Source: Coriobacteriia bacterium (GTDB lineage: Bacteria; Actinomycetota; Coriobacteriia; Anaerosomatales; SLCP01). Taken from it: a stretch of 64,000 bases of DNA. Positions 1-9,434 of this stretch are shown in pieces. The stretch spans positions 4,413 through 68,412 of the forward strand of contig SKMN01000003.1 in the NCBI GenBank assembly GCA_007121015.1. Direction: 5' to 3'. The notes beneath the pieces were generated by a model, which saw nothing but the letters and a program-made list of their open reading frames with translations, did not search any database and was not told the origin of the DNA. The position numbers were made by a program, and so were the translations under genes. How positions within the stretch are numbered: position 1 is the stretch's first letter; each line of letters starts with the position of its first letter.

Positions 1-1
1 A

Positions 2-553
2 CGCGTGCCGCCGATAGAGGCCGAGGCGCGGGCATCGCTCATGCCGGTACCCGGCGAGATGACCACGTGGGAACTCGCGTGGGCAGGGGTGGGCCAGCCC
101 GTGGGCGAGCACGAGAGCCCGCCGGGCCCGCAGACCACCGCACTCCAGATGGCGCTCGTAGCAGCCGGGATCGCCAACGACGGCATCGTCATGCGCCCGC
201 ACCTCGTGCAACGCGTCTCCGATCCGGCCGGACGCGTCATCACCACCACCGAGCCCCGCCGCTGGACCACCGCCACCGACGCGGCTACCGCGGCGACCGT
301 GAGCGGCATCATGGTCGACACCGTCCGCGCAGGTACGGGTTCGGGCGCACAACTGCCCGGCGTCACCGTCGCGGGAAAGACCGGCACCGCCGAGACGGGA
401 GTCGGCCTCGAGTCGCACGCATGGTTCATCGCCTTCGCGCCCGCCGAGAACCCACAGGTCGCGGTCGCCGTCGTGCTCGAGCACGCGGGCACGGGGGGAC
501 GTCACGCCGCGCCGGTCGCCCGCCAGGTCATCGAGGCCGCGCTCGCCCGATGA
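2..553 (+). CDS. penicillin-binding protein (class B transpeptidase), C-terminal part; 5' end outside the window
   Basis: The frame is open to the left edge. It contains the KTG box (VAGKTGTAE) followed by HAWFIAFAP, typical of PbpA/FtsI-type transpeptidase domains. Confidence 0.8.
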   Translation, partial: RVPPIEAEARASLMPVPGEMTTWELAWAGVGQPVGEHESPPGPQTTALQMALVAAGIANDGIVMRPHLVQRVSDPAGRVITTTEPRRWTTATDAATAATVSGIMVDTVRAGTGSGAQLPGVTVAGKTGTAETGVGLESHAWFIAFAPAENPQVAVAVVLEHAGTGGRHAAPVARQVIEAALAR

Positions 554-594
554 GGGGCAGCGGCCGGAAGGCCCCGGCCCGCGCGGTGACGCGC

Positions 595-1104
595 CTACCG
601 CAGGAAGCGCTCCTCGATGAGCTCGGCCAGTTCGACGGTCTCGTCGAGCGCGAACACCGGCAGCGGCCACTCGGCGAGCTCCGGTACGTCGGTCGCGAGC
701 GCGAAGAGCTCCTCGGCGGCGAAGCGCGGTTCGGTGGAGCGCTCGGCACGTACGACTTCGATACGCGTGTCCGCCTCGATGCCGAACCCCTCGGTCAACA
801 CGATGTCGACGTCCCCGGCCTCGGCAGCCAGCTCCTCAAGCGTACGCGCCTTGTCGACCTTGCGGATCACACCGTAGCGGTTGGGCGCGCTGATCATCGT
901 CACGACCGCGCCCGCCCGCTCGTGGCGCCACGTGTCCTTGCCGGGAACGTCGATGTCGGTGTCGTGAGCGTGGTTCTTGATGGTGGCCACGCGCCAGCCA
1001 TGATCGATCAGCGTCGAGATGAGGCCTTCGAGCAGCGTCGTTCGTCCCGACTTACTCTTGCCCACCACCGACACGACCGGGGCGGCAAACCGTTCGTCTG
1101 TCAT
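595..1104 (-). CDS. mobB: molybdopterin-guanine dinucleotide biosynthesis adapter protein MobB
   Basis: 169 aa. The P-loop VVGKSKSGRTTLLEGL and the HGWRVATIKNHAHD...PGKDTWRH core match MobB. No mobA is adjacent. Confidence 0.8.
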   Translation of the reverse strand: MTDERFAAPVVSVVGKSKSGRTTLLEGLISTLIDHGWRVATIKNHAHDTDIDVPGKDTWRHERAGAVVTMISAPNRYGVIRKVDKARTLEELAAEAGDVDIVLTEGFGIEADTRIEVVRAERSTEPRFAAEELFALATDVPELAEWPLPVFALDETVELAELIEERFLR

Positions 1105-1184
1105 AGTCGCTCCCTCGTATCCACACTTCGGAATCTACACCACAATACCAACAGCCAGGCGATGGGCGACATGCGCGTTTGCGC

Positions 1185-1190
1185 TAGAAT
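1185..1190 (+). promoter_or_regulatory. candidate -10 hexamer TAGAAT upstream of pknB
   Basis: GCTAGAAT lies 48 nt upstream of the pknB start in a GC-rich spacer. The same GCTAGAAT string precedes tRNA-Arg (4264-4271). There is no convincing -35. Confidence 0.3.
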
Positions 1191-1237
1191 AGTCCGGATG
1201 AACCGCCGCCCGGACGGGCGAGCCGACAGCTGGGAGC

Positions 1238-3115
1238 ATGCGCGTGGATGAGATGGTATTCGGACGCAGGTACCGTGCGACTGAGAAGATCGGGTCGGGC
1301 GGTATGGCCGACGTCTTCAAGGCGGTCGACGAGGTCCTCGGCCGCACGGTAGCGGTCAAGGTCCTGCACCCGCGATACGCTGCCGACCCCGGGTTCGTTG
1401 CCCGCTTCCGCCAGGAGGCCCAGGCTGCGGCCAACCTCTCGCACCCTGCGATCGTCAACATCTACGACTGGGGCCGCGACGACGAGACGTATTACATCGT
1501 CATGGAGTACGTGCGCGGCACCGACCTCAAGCACCTCATCGAGGAGCGCGGCGCCATCGACCCGATGAAGGCAGCCGAGTACGCCTCGCAGGTGTGCGCG
1601 GCACTCGCGGTCGCCCACGGCTACGACATCATCCATCGCGACATCAAGCCCCATAACATAGTGCTGACGCCCGACGGTGCCGCGAAGGTTATGGACTTCG
1701 GGATCGCGCGTGCGGGCAACACGACGATGACCCAGACCGGCTCGGTCCTCGGAACTGCACACTACGTGAGCCCCGAGCAGGCCCAGGGCCGCACGCTCGA
1801 TCCCGCTTCCGACCTCTACTCGCTCGGCATCGTCCTCTACGAGCTCACCACCGGTAAGCTGCCGTTCGACGCGGACACGCCCGTGGCGGTGGCACTCAAG
1901 CAGGTCAACGAGGAGCCCGTGCCTCCTCGGCAACTCAACCCGCAGATCCCGGCCGCGCTCGAGGCGGTCATCATGCGGGCGCTCCAGAAGGATCCCTCGG
2001 CCCGCTACGCGTCTGCCGAGGAGATGCGCGCGGACCTCAAGCGCGTGCTTCAGGGAGACGCTGTCACGCCGCCTCAGGCAATGGCTGCCGGCGCCGCCCC
2101 GTTCCCCGACCAGACGTCGGTGCTGCCCACGGTAGGAGGACCGGCCACCGGTGCCGGTGGGCCTCCGCGCGTGCGCCCGGTGCCGCAGAAGCGCAAGCCC
2201 TGGCCGTGGATCATAGCGGCGGTGCTCGTGCTCCTCGCCACTCTGGGCTTGGCGTGGGCGATGGGCGCGTTCGACACGACTCCTCGGGTCGTGGTGCCCG
2301 AGGTCATCGGCATGACAGTGGAGGAGGCCGCCGAGGAACTCGAACTCGTGAACCTCACCGTGGGCCCGATCACCGAACAGCACAGCGAGGAGTTCGAGTC
2401 CGGTCAGATCATCGACCAGACGCCGGAGCCGGGTGTGGAGATCGCCGAGGGCTCCGAGGTGTCGCTGGTCGTGAGCATCGGCCGCGAGGAGGTCGAGATA
2501 CCCGACTTGATCGACCTCCCCGAGAGCGAGGCCATCCGCGCGGTCCGCGACGTCGGCCTCGAGATCGACATACAGCGGGAGTTCAATGCGGACGTCCCGC
2601 CCGACACCGTCTTTGGCCAGAGCCCGTCCGCAGGCGAGATGGTCCCGCCCGGCTCGATCGTCACCATCTCGGTCAGCCGAGGCACCGAGCTGCGCCGCGT
2701 CCCCGACGTGACGGGGCAGACCCGCCAGCAGGCCACAGCGGCGCTCCAGGACCTCGGTTTCCGGGTCAACGTGACCGAGGAGTTCAGCGAGACCGTCGCT
2801 CAGGACCGCGTCATCAGCCAGAGTCCGGAGGGCGGCGTGTCCCTCGATGTGGGCGCGACCGTGACGCTCCGCATCTCCAGAGGTCCCGACACGGTGACCG
2901 TGCCCGACGTCATCGACCTGACCGAGACCCAGGCGCGCTCGGCGATCACCGGCGCGGGGCTACAGGTCGAGGTCAACTACCAGGAGGACCCACGCGACGG
3001 GATCGTGCTCACTCAGAACCCGATCCCGGGCGCGACTGCGCGTCGCGGCGACACGGTGAGGATCTGGGTCGGCAAGGCACCGCCGCCCGATGAGGAGCCC
3101 GAGGAGAACGACTAG
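1238..3115 (+). CDS. pknB: Ser/Thr protein kinase with four extracellular PASTA repeats (PknB/Stk1 type)
   Basis: Hanks kinase motifs are present: GSGGMADVFKA, VAVKVL, HRDIKPHN, DFGIAR, SPEQA. A Pro-rich linker and a TM segment (WPWIIAAVLVLLATLGLAW) follow, then four ~65-aa PASTA-like repeats (VPEVIGM.., IPDLIDL.., VPDVTGQ.., VPDVIDL..). The start could also be the Met at 1253. Confidence 0.9.
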   Translation: MRVDEMVFGRRYRATEKIGSGGMADVFKAVDEVLGRTVAVKVLHPRYAADPGFVARFRQEAQAAANLSHPAIVNIYDWGRDDETYYIVMEYVRGTDLKHLIEERGAIDPMKAAEYASQVCAALAVAHGYDIIHRDIKPHNIVLTPDGAAKVMDFGIARAGNTTMTQTGSVLGTAHYVSPEQAQGRTLDPASDLYSLGIVLYELTTGKLPFDADTPVAVALKQVNEEPVPPRQLNPQIPAALEAVIMRALQKDPSARYASAEEMRADLKRVLQGDAVTPPQAMAAGAAPFPDQTSVLPTVGGPATGAGGPPRVRPVPQKRKPWPWIIAAVLVLLATLGLAWAMGAFDTTPRVVVPEVIGMTVEEAAEELELVNLTVGPITEQHSEEFESGQIIDQTPEPGVEIAEGSEVSLVVSIGREEVEIPDLIDLPESEAIRAVRDVGLEIDIQREFNADVPPDTVFGQSPSAGEMVPPGSIVTISVSRGTELRRVPDVTGQTRQQATAALQDLGFRVNVTEEFSETVAQDRVISQSPEGGVSLDVGATVTLRISRGPDTVTVPDVIDLTETQARSAITGAGLQVEVNYQEDPRDGIVLTQNPIPGATARRGDTVRIWVGKAPPPDEEPEEND

Positions 3116-3165
3116 AGCGTGCTGCCGGTGGCCGGATATGCCGGACGCGCGGCCGGTGCCGCAGC

Positions 3166-4176
3166 TTAATCGATACTCACGTCGTGCCCGGGCGCTACGA
3201 CCTCTATCCAGGTATTGCCCGCCGCGAGCGGGAACTCGGTGCCATCCGCGGCCTCGAAGCGCGGCGGGACTCCCGGGGACGCGGTCCAGCCGACCTCGTA
3301 CCGGCGACCTTCGCGCAACACGACGGCAGAACCTGAACCGTCAAGCCGGATGTCGAGGACGGGTGCGCCGGTGACGTCGCGCAGGTCGGTCTCGCGAGTC
3401 TCCGCATACATCACGACGACGTTCGATGCGGTATACGGCTCGGCGGCTCCCTCGTCGACGTGGGGCGCTCCTGCCACGTACCTCAGCCACACATCGCGTG
3501 TCTCGTCCCACATCCACGTGACATCGTTTCCGCCAGCGAAGGGGACGTCGATCCGTGTCGCTGCCGGCGCTTCGGCCAGCGCCTCCGGGACGTCGCCGAA
3601 GAGGAACCCGCGCGGGACGACGACGGTCGGGAAGCCCGCTCCACCGGCGGCGGCCTGGACCTCGGCGGCGTTCGTGTACACGTCGTGCGGAGCGGAGCGA
3701 CCGGGGTCGCGCTCGTAGAGGCCCGGCTGACGCTCCATGCCGAGATCATCTATCTCGGCGGCCTGGATACGCCGCCGGATTTCCTCGCTCGCACCGGTGT
3801 AGGCGAACAGGGCGACGTACTGCGGCACAAGGTAGGTATCGGATATCCTCGCACTCCGTACGGGACCGACACGTGCCGGCAGCGCCGAGTGGAACAACGC
3901 GTTGAACCGCGGGATCCCGCCCTCGGACAGCGTCTCGTACACGACGTCGGCATCCGCGAGGCCGGCCTGGGGACGGGCCGCCGAGGAATTCTCGATCTTC
4001 ACCGACACCACTCGGGTGCGCGTAGCGTCCTCGTCCGGAGCCACCTCGCCGGTAAGCGGCCAGTAGTGGATGAGCTCGGGTTCGGGCAGGTCTTCGACGC
4101 GCAGGAGATACCACACGACAGCGGCCGCCAGCAACGCGACGATCAGAGCTGCGCCGACCAGGCTTCCTCGTCTCAT
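3166..4176 (-). CDS. DUF3048 domain-containing secreted/membrane-anchored protein
   Basis: The start was moved to ATG 4176 (MRRGSLVGAALIVALLAAAVVW, TM/signal) with a GAGGAGGGG SD just upstream. The first 64 aa of the ORF-track entry are the antisense of tRNA-Arg. The YETLSEGGIPRFNALF core is typical of DUF3048. Confidence 0.7.
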   Translation of the reverse strand: MRRGSLVGAALIVALLAAAVVWYLLRVEDLPEPELIHYWPLTGEVAPDEDATRTRVVSVKIENSSAARPQAGLADADVVYETLSEGGIPRFNALFHSALPARVGPVRSARISDTYLVPQYVALFAYTGASEEIRRRIQAAEIDDLGMERQPGLYERDPGRSAPHDVYTNAAEVQAAAGGAGFPTVVVPRGFLFGDVPEALAEAPAATRIDVPFAGGNDVTWMWDETRDVWLRYVAGAPHVDEGAAEPYTASNVVVMYAETRETDLRDVTGAPVLDIRLDGSGSAVVLREGRRYEVGWTASPGVPPRFEAADGTEFPLAAGNTWIEVVAPGHDVSID

Positions 4177-4265
4177 GAGCCCCTCCTCGGCTTGGCACTG
4201 CGTTGATGATTCCCACTCCGCCGCAATGAGCGTGCGCGACCCGTGTGCACGCGTTACCGGCATGC

Positions 4266-4271
4266 TAGAAT
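4266..4271 (+). promoter_or_regulatory. candidate -10 hexamer TAGAAT for tRNA-Arg
   Basis: TAGAAT ends 10 nt before the mature 5' end of the tRNA (4282), a spacing consistent with a tRNA promoter. The -35 is not obvious. Confidence 0.35.
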
Positions 4272-4281
4272 CCTCTGGCAC

Positions 4282-4357
4282 GCCCCCGTAGCTCAGGGGA
4301 TAGAGCACAGGTTTCCTAAACCTGGTGTCGCACGTTCGAATCGTGCCGGGGGCACCA
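4282..4357 (+). tRNA. tRNA-Arg (anticodon CCT)
   Basis: 76-nt cloverleaf: acceptor GCCCCCG/CGGGGGC, D arm GCTC-AGGGGATA-GAGC, anticodon stem CAGGT/ACCTG with loop TTCCTAA, T arm GCACG-TTCGAAT-CGTGC, discriminator A and an encoded CCA. Confidence 0.95.
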
Positions 4358-4426
4358 CAGAACGACACCGCAGGCGGGTCCGATAGGGATCCGCCTGCTC
4401 ACCCGCCCCCTATCCCGGAGCCCGCC

Positions 4427-4807
4427 ATGACCCGACGCATCGCCTGCCCGTCCTGCGGCGAGACCGAGGACCTCGCCGGCAGCCCCTCGCCCGAGGGCAT
4501 CGTCATCCGCTGCGGCTGCTGCGACACGTCGTGGCTGCGCGACGCGGTGCCAGAGACGTGCGCGACGTGTGGCGGGACCGAACTCGAGACTCGGCCACGC
4601 GCGCTCACACAGTACTCGCGCGGGACCCAGCTCTCGATCGTGGGCATGACCGAGATCATGCTCTGCAGAGTGTGCGATGCGGAGATGCTCGAGTGGTCGA
4701 AGACCGGTCGTGCGGTGCCGCCGACGTACCGTCCCGCAGCGATCGACCCGGAGGCGGCGAAGGAGCGGGCCGAGGGCGAGGAGGACGACCGCCGCCTCAC
4801 GCCGTAG
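4427..4807 (+). CDS. hypothetical Cys-rich (double zinc-ribbon-like) protein
   Basis: The start was moved to ATG 4427 (MTRRIACPSCGE), downstream of the tRNA. Four Cys pairs (CPSC, CGCC, CATC, CRVC) suggest two zinc ribbons, followed by an acidic C-terminal tail. No family was recognised. Confidence 0.5.
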   Translation: MTRRIACPSCGETEDLAGSPSPEGIVIRCGCCDTSWLRDAVPETCATCGGTELETRPRALTQYSRGTQLSIVGMTEIMLCRVCDAEMLEWSKTGRAVPPTYRPAAIDPEAAKERAEGEEDDRRLTP

Positions 4808-4815
4808 CAAGCAGC

Positions 4816-5454
4816 CTACTCGTCCTCGAACCCCAACTCGCTCAACACGTCGAGCACCTCGTCGTCGCTCGTCTGCGTGAAGTGCCGGTAGAACTGGCCC
4901 ACCGCGTAGAAGACCTCGGGCTGCTCGATGGCGACGAGCTCGTCGGCGAAGAGCGAGACCTCGGGCACCGTCGACGCCGCGATCACCGGCACCGCAAGGA
5001 TCACATGTGCCGCGCCGTGCGAGCGCACGTACCTGAGCGCCGCGAGCGCGGTGAGCCCGGTCGCGATACCGTCGTCGACCACGATCACCGTCTGGTCCCG
5101 TAGCTCTGGAGGCACCTTCCCCTGGCGGTACAGATCGATCCGCCGAGCGACCCGGTCGCGCACGTCACGCGCAAGGTTCTCGAGCTCGGAGACCTCGTAG
5201 CCGGCCTCGGGGTTGGCTGTCACGCGTCCGTCGGAGTCCACGGCGCCGATCGCGTACTCGGGGTTTCCCGGCGCGCCGATCTTGCTCGCCACCACCACGT
5301 CGATCGGCAGGTCGAGCAGGCGCGCGATCTCGGCGCCCACGATCACCCCTCCGCGAGGGATACCCAAGACGATCACGTCGTCTCTGCCTGCATACTCGCC
5401 GAGCCGCTCCGCGAGCTGTCTCCCCGCATCGTGCCTGTCCCGGAACATAACCAC
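4816..5454 (-). CDS. phosphoribosyltransferase family protein (COG1926-like)
   Basis: N-terminal FRDRHDAGRQLAERL...VIVLGIPRGGV and the PRPP loop VIVVDDGIATGLT are typical of this predicted PRTase family. Confidence 0.75.
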   Translation of the reverse strand: MVMFRDRHDAGRQLAERLGEYAGRDDVIVLGIPRGGVIVGAEIARLLDLPIDVVVASKIGAPGNPEYAIGAVDSDGRVTANPEAGYEVSELENLARDVRDRVARRIDLYRQGKVPPELRDQTVIVVDDGIATGLTALAALRYVRSHGAAHVILAVPVIAASTVPEVSLFADELVAIEQPEVFYAVGQFYRHFTQTSDDEVLDVLSELGFEDE

Positions 5455-5510
5455 ACACCGCCTTGTCGCATGCTGCCTTCAACGGGGTTATGCCCCTCTC
5501 GCGCCCGGGC

Positions 5511-6269
5511 TTACCGCCCCACCCGCGTCCAGCGGCACATCCGGGCCTCGGCGAACTCGAGCGCCTCGTAGAGCGCCACGCCGAGGAGCGCCATGCCGAT
5601 GATGCCCGCGAACATCGCGTCGTAGGAGAGACGCCCCCACGCGTCGACGATGTAGTAGCCGAGCCCGGTGCGCCCGGCGATCGACTCGGCGAGGAAGAGG
5701 ACGGCGACCGCGGTACCGGTACCGATGCGCAGCGCGGTGAAGATGTCGGGGAGCGTGGCGGGGAACACGACGTGGCGGAAGACGTCGGCCCGCCCCGCCC
5801 CGAGCGAGCGCACCGAGAGCACCGAGCCGGGCGGTATCGCACGCGAGGCGTCCCGTGCGGTGACGAGTAGCTGGAAGAACACGATGAGCGTGATCAGCAC
5901 GATCTTGCTCGTATCGCCGAGCCCCAGCAAGATGAGTAGCACCGGCAAGAAGACGACCTTGGGGACAGGGTACGTCAGGAAGATCATCGGCGCTGCGACC
6001 GCGTCGAGCCGAGGAGAGCGGCCGAGCACGAGCCCGAGCGGCACGGCGAGCACGGTGCCGAGCGCGATGGCCGCGAGCACACGCCGCGCGCTCGACAGCA
6101 GGTGCGGCCACAGATCGGTCGCGAACGATGTCACGAACGCAGCGAGCGCGGGCAGCGGGCCCGGCAGCGCGGGCGAGCCCACAGCCCACGAGAGCAGCTG
6201 CCAGCCTACAAGCAGAACCAGCGCTGCGCCGAGGTAGCCGACGAGCTTGCGTGTGAGCGACCCGGTCAC
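5511..6269 (-). CDS. ABC transporter permease (nitrate/sulfonate/taurine NitT/TauT family)
   Basis: 252 aa with six hydrophobic segments and an EAA-like loop (SVRSLGAGRADVFRHVVFPATLPDIF). It overlaps the upstream ATPase gene by 4 nt. Confidence 0.85.
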   Translation of the reverse strand: MTGSLTRKLVGYLGAALVLLVGWQLLSWAVGSPALPGPLPALAAFVTSFATDLWPHLLSSARRVLAAIALGTVLAVPLGLVLGRSPRLDAVAAPMIFLTYPVPKVVFLPVLLILLGLGDTSKIVLITLIVFFQLLVTARDASRAIPPGSVLSVRSLGAGRADVFRHVVFPATLPDIFTALRIGTGTAVAVLFLAESIAGRTGLGYYIVDAWGRLSYDAMFAGIIGMALLGVALYEALEFAEARMCRWTRVGR

Positions 6270-7057
6270 GACGGCCCTCCGTCCACGGCCGGCCCTCCGC
6301 CCACGGCCCCCTCGGCCGCGAGCAGGTGCCGCAGCTCGGCGCAGCGCTCGTAGAACTCAGGCGTGTCGCGGTAGCCCGGCTCGCCCATGCGCGGGTTGTC
6401 GATCTCAGCGGCGGCGCGTCCGGGTCTCGGCGTGAGCACGATGACGCGTCTGCCGAGGTAGACCGCTTCTTCGATCGAGTGCGTCACGAGCACGCTCGTG
6501 TGGCGCCGCTGGAGCCACAATTCGAGCAGGAGGTCCTGCAGGTCCTCGCGCGTGAGCGCGTCGAGTGCTGAGAGCGGCTCGTCCATGAGCAGAAGGTCTG
6601 CTTCGAGCGCGAGCGCCCGTGCGAGCGCGAGGCGCTGCCGCATCCCGCCGGACAGTTCCCCAGGGTAGGCGTCCTCGAACTCGCCGAGTCCCACGCGCGC
6701 AAGCGACGCGCGTGCGCGCTCGAGGCGCTCGACCCGGCCGATGCGACGCACCTGCAGGCCGAGGGCAGCGTTGGCGAGCACCGTCTTCCACGGCAGCAGT
6801 CCGAAGTCCTGCCAGATGAGCGCGGTGGTCAGCCGGGGACCAGCCACCGGCGTGCCGCCCACGGCGACCTCGCCCTGTGACGGCGAGAGTAGTCCGGCCG
6901 CAAGCAGCAGCAGTGTGGACTTCCCGCACCCGCTCGGCCCGATGACGGCGATCGGCTCACCGTCGGCCACAGCGAGGTGGAGCCCGTCGAGCGCGGCGAC
7001 GTCGCCACCCACGCCCCGGTACGTGAAGCTCGCGCCTCGGACCTCGAGTCCCGCCAC
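6266..7057 (-). CDS. ABC transporter ATP-binding protein (NitT/TauT family)
   Basis: Walker A GPSGCGKST, Q-loop, signature LSGGMRQRLALARAL, Walker B LLLMDEP and H-loop VTHS are present. Confidence 0.9.
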   Translation of the reverse strand: MAGLEVRGASFTYRGVGGDVAALDGLHLAVADGEPIAVIGPSGCGKSTLLLLAAGLLSPSQGEVAVGGTPVAGPRLTTALIWQDFGLLPWKTVLANAALGLQVRRIGRVERLERARASLARVGLGEFEDAYPGELSGGMRQRLALARALALEADLLLMDEPLSALDALTREDLQDLLLELWLQRRHTSVLVTHSIEEAVYLGRRVIVLTPRPGRAAAEIDNPRMGEPGYRDTPEFYERCAELRHLLAAEGAVGGGPAVDGGPS

Positions 7058-7067
7058 CAGCTCTCCC

Positions 7068-8054
7068 CTACGGCGTCAGCAAGACGAGGTCCTCGTAGGT
7101 CACGCGATTCTGCAGCATCTCCTTCTCAGTCATCCATGCGAGAACCGCGTTGACCTGCTCGGCGGTGGGAATCTGCGCTGTCGGATACACGTTGACCTCG
7201 TAAGTATCCTTGACCGGCTCTGGCAGGCGCGCCTTGTCCACAAGCAGATCACGCCACGCATTCGGGTCCTCGTTGACGATCTCGACACCCGCATCCCACG
7301 CGGAGAGCAGCGCCAAGAGCGTCTCCACGCCACCAGGCTCCGCGAGGTAGACATCGGAGAAGCCGAGGATGGTCTGGGAGATGTTCTCGCCGGTGGTGTC
7401 GTCGGCGATGAGGGTGGCACCCTCGGCCTCGGCCAGTGAGAGGAGCGGCTCGGGTAGCGCCGCAGCCTGGAGCTGGCCCTGCATGAGCAAGTCGAAGCGG
7501 ACCGGCACCTTGGCGACGTCCTCCTTCACCACGTCGGCGGGATCGACTCCGGCCTGGCGCATGAGTCCGTCGACGACGTACTCCTGGATCGTGTTCATCG
7601 ACGTGGCGATCGGCACGCCCGCGAGCGCGGCAAGCTCGTTGTAGCCGGTCTCCGGCGCACCGACGATCCCGAAGCGGCCCTCGGCGGGCGTGGAGCCGAG
7701 CATGATGGTGGCGATGGTGACCGGCGTGCCGGCGGCCTCGAGCTGGGCTGCGGCGATGATGTCGCCCATGAACGCGTCGATCTCGCCGGCGACAAGCGCG
7801 ATGTCGCGCTCCTGGGCCGCCTGGAAGGTGACGATCTCGACGGAGTCGAGACCGAGCTCGGCGAAGATGCCGCGCTCCTCGGCCACCCATAGCGGCAGCA
7901 TGTCCTCCGTGGGAAGCGTGCCGATGACGAGCGGTGCGGGGTCTTGCGGCGCAGCGGGTTCCTCGGCGACCTGCTCCGGCGCGCACGCGGCGAGCGAAAC
8001 GGTGGCGAGTGCGAGCGCGAGTGCGCAGGTTGCGGCGATGAAGCGTCGGTGCAT
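7068..8054 (-). CDS. ABC transporter substrate-binding lipoprotein (NMT1/THI5-like)
   Basis: It has a signal peptide with lipobox (ATVSLAAC). Its periplasmic-binding-protein-like sequence is adjacent to the cognate ATPase and permease. Confidence 0.8.
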   Translation of the reverse strand: MHRRFIAATCALALALATVSLAACAPEQVAEEPAAPQDPAPLVIGTLPTEDMLPLWVAEERGIFAELGLDSVEIVTFQAAQERDIALVAGEIDAFMGDIIAAAQLEAAGTPVTIATIMLGSTPAEGRFGIVGAPETGYNELAALAGVPIATSMNTIQEYVVDGLMRQAGVDPADVVKEDVAKVPVRFDLLMQGQLQAAALPEPLLSLAEAEGATLIADDTTGENISQTILGFSDVYLAEPGGVETLLALLSAWDAGVEIVNEDPNAWRDLLVDKARLPEPVKDTYEVNVYPTAQIPTAEQVNAVLAWMTEKEMLQNRVTYEDLVLLTP

Positions 8055-8085
8055 GAAGGGCCTCCTTGCGAGGGGTTGTAGGACG

Positions 8086-8688
8086 CTAGTCGGCGGCCAC
8101 CGGGCGGCGCAGGTGGATCTCGTCGCGGGACGGGATGCCCGAGAACCCGGCGACCGAAGCGCCGGCTCGGTCGGCGAGCACGCCCACGGCGAGGTCGTAG
8201 ATGACGAACCCGTGGCGCTGGTAGAAGTAGAGGAGCGGGATGTCGTCGTTGGACACGGCCACGCGGATCCCCGGCAACCCGCGCTCGCGCGCGAACTCGA
8301 CCGCCGAGCGCAGCAGCGCGGCGCCCACGCCCTGCCCCTGGTACTCGGGGTAGACGGAGAGCAGGACGACTACGAGCTCGCCCCGGTCGATCGCGAGCGA
8401 GAGAAGACCGGCGAGCTTGCCGTCGGCATCCGCGATGAGATTCTCGCCCGCGAGCACGTCGAACGTGCGGTCGAAGACGTCCACCTCGGTCTCGCCGAGC
8501 GCCCGATCGCAGATCTCCTCGATGTCGTGACGGTCGCCGGCACGTGCGGTGCGCACGGCGAACGCGACGCTGTCGGGCGCCTGGTGTTCGGCACACGTCA
8601 CCGTCATGCGCGCCTCGTTGAGCGGCAAGTCTTTGCCGCACGTGGGGCAGCGGTACTGCGGATATGGGAGATCGAAGTCGTCGACCAT
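8086..8688 (-). CDS. GNAT family N-acetyltransferase with N-terminal zinc-ribbon-like segment
   Basis: N-terminal CPTCGK...TCAEH is followed by a GNAT core with the acetyl-CoA motif YQGQGVGAALL and the ...YFYQRHGF tail. Confidence 0.75.
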   Translation of the reverse strand: MVDDFDLPYPQYRCPTCGKDLPLNEARMTVTCAEHQAPDSVAFAVRTARAGDRHDIEEICDRALGETEVDVFDRTFDVLAGENLIADADGKLAGLLSLAIDRGELVVVLLSVYPEYQGQGVGAALLRSAVEFARERGLPGIRVAVSNDDIPLLYFYQRHGFVIYDLAVGVLADRAGASVAGFSGIPSRDEIHLRRPVAAD

Positions 8689-8780
8689 GTCTCACGGCTC
8701 CTGAGGTCTCGGTGGGACGCTACCGTTATACCGCTTCTCGGCTCCGGGCGCACGTGCGCGGGTCGCGGTAGACTCGTCCC

Positions 8781-9368
8781 ATGGACATCCACCCACACCC
8801 CCACGACAAGGACACCTTGCGCCTCCGCGGCCGCACCGCTCGCCGCGCGGTGCGCGACGACAACCGTCCGGCGCTCGCCGCTGCCGCCGCCGAACGCCTC
8901 CTCGCCCTCCCCGAGCTCGCCGAGACCCACACTGTGCTCGTCTACGGCGCCTCGGCCGAGGAGATCGATCCTGCACCCGCCATCGCCGTGTTGCGCGAGC
9001 GCGGCGCGACCATCGTCTACCCGCGCGTCTCCGAACCCGGCCTGCTGTCGCTGCACGTGGTCGCCGACGAGACCGAGCTGCAGCCGGGCGCGCATGACAT
9101 CCGCGAACCGGCCGCGGAGGCGCCCGCCATCGAACCGGCAGGGATCGACGTCGCCATCGTGCCGGGAGTGGCGTTCTGCACCGAATGCTGCCGCATCGGC
9201 CACGGCGGCGGCTACTACGACCGCCTACTCGCGACCCTCGACAGGGCGTTCAAGGTGGGACTCGCCTACGACGGCCAGATCTTCGACGCGGTGCCCACCG
9301 AGCAGCACGACGTGACACTCGACGCGGTCGTCACGCCCACGCGCACGATCCGCCATGCGAGACCCTAG
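8781..9368 (+). CDS. 5-formyltetrahydrofolate cyclo-ligase
   Basis: 195 aa. IREP...IDVAIVPGVAF...GHGGGYYDRLL is the characteristic MTHFS C-terminal motif. Confidence 0.85.
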   Translation: MDIHPHPHDKDTLRLRGRTARRAVRDDNRPALAAAAAERLLALPELAETHTVLVYGASAEEIDPAPAIAVLRERGATIVYPRVSEPGLLSLHVVADETELQPGAHDIREPAAEAPAIEPAGIDVAIVPGVAFCTECCRIGHGGGYYDRLLATLDRAFKVGLAYDGQIFDAVPTEQHDVTLDAVVTPTRTIRHARP

Positions 9369-9434
9369 ACGCCCGCCACGTGCCGAAGACCGTCCGCCAG
9401 GCCTCCACAGCGCACCCGAGATAGCCACGCTGCC

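Noticed and set aside
4177-4368. The N-terminal 64 aa of the 3166-4368 ORF, and the whole 28171-28530 ORF.
   Set aside because: They are translations of the antisense of tRNA-Arg and of the sense strand of tRNA-Gly respectively (the ...PLSYGG... and ...HSSVGRATAS... strings). They are not protein coding.
7234-7242. A perfect TTGTCCACA DnaA-box.
   Set aside because: It is a single isolated site inside the coding region of the ABC substrate-binding protein, with no neighbouring boxes. It is most likely chance.
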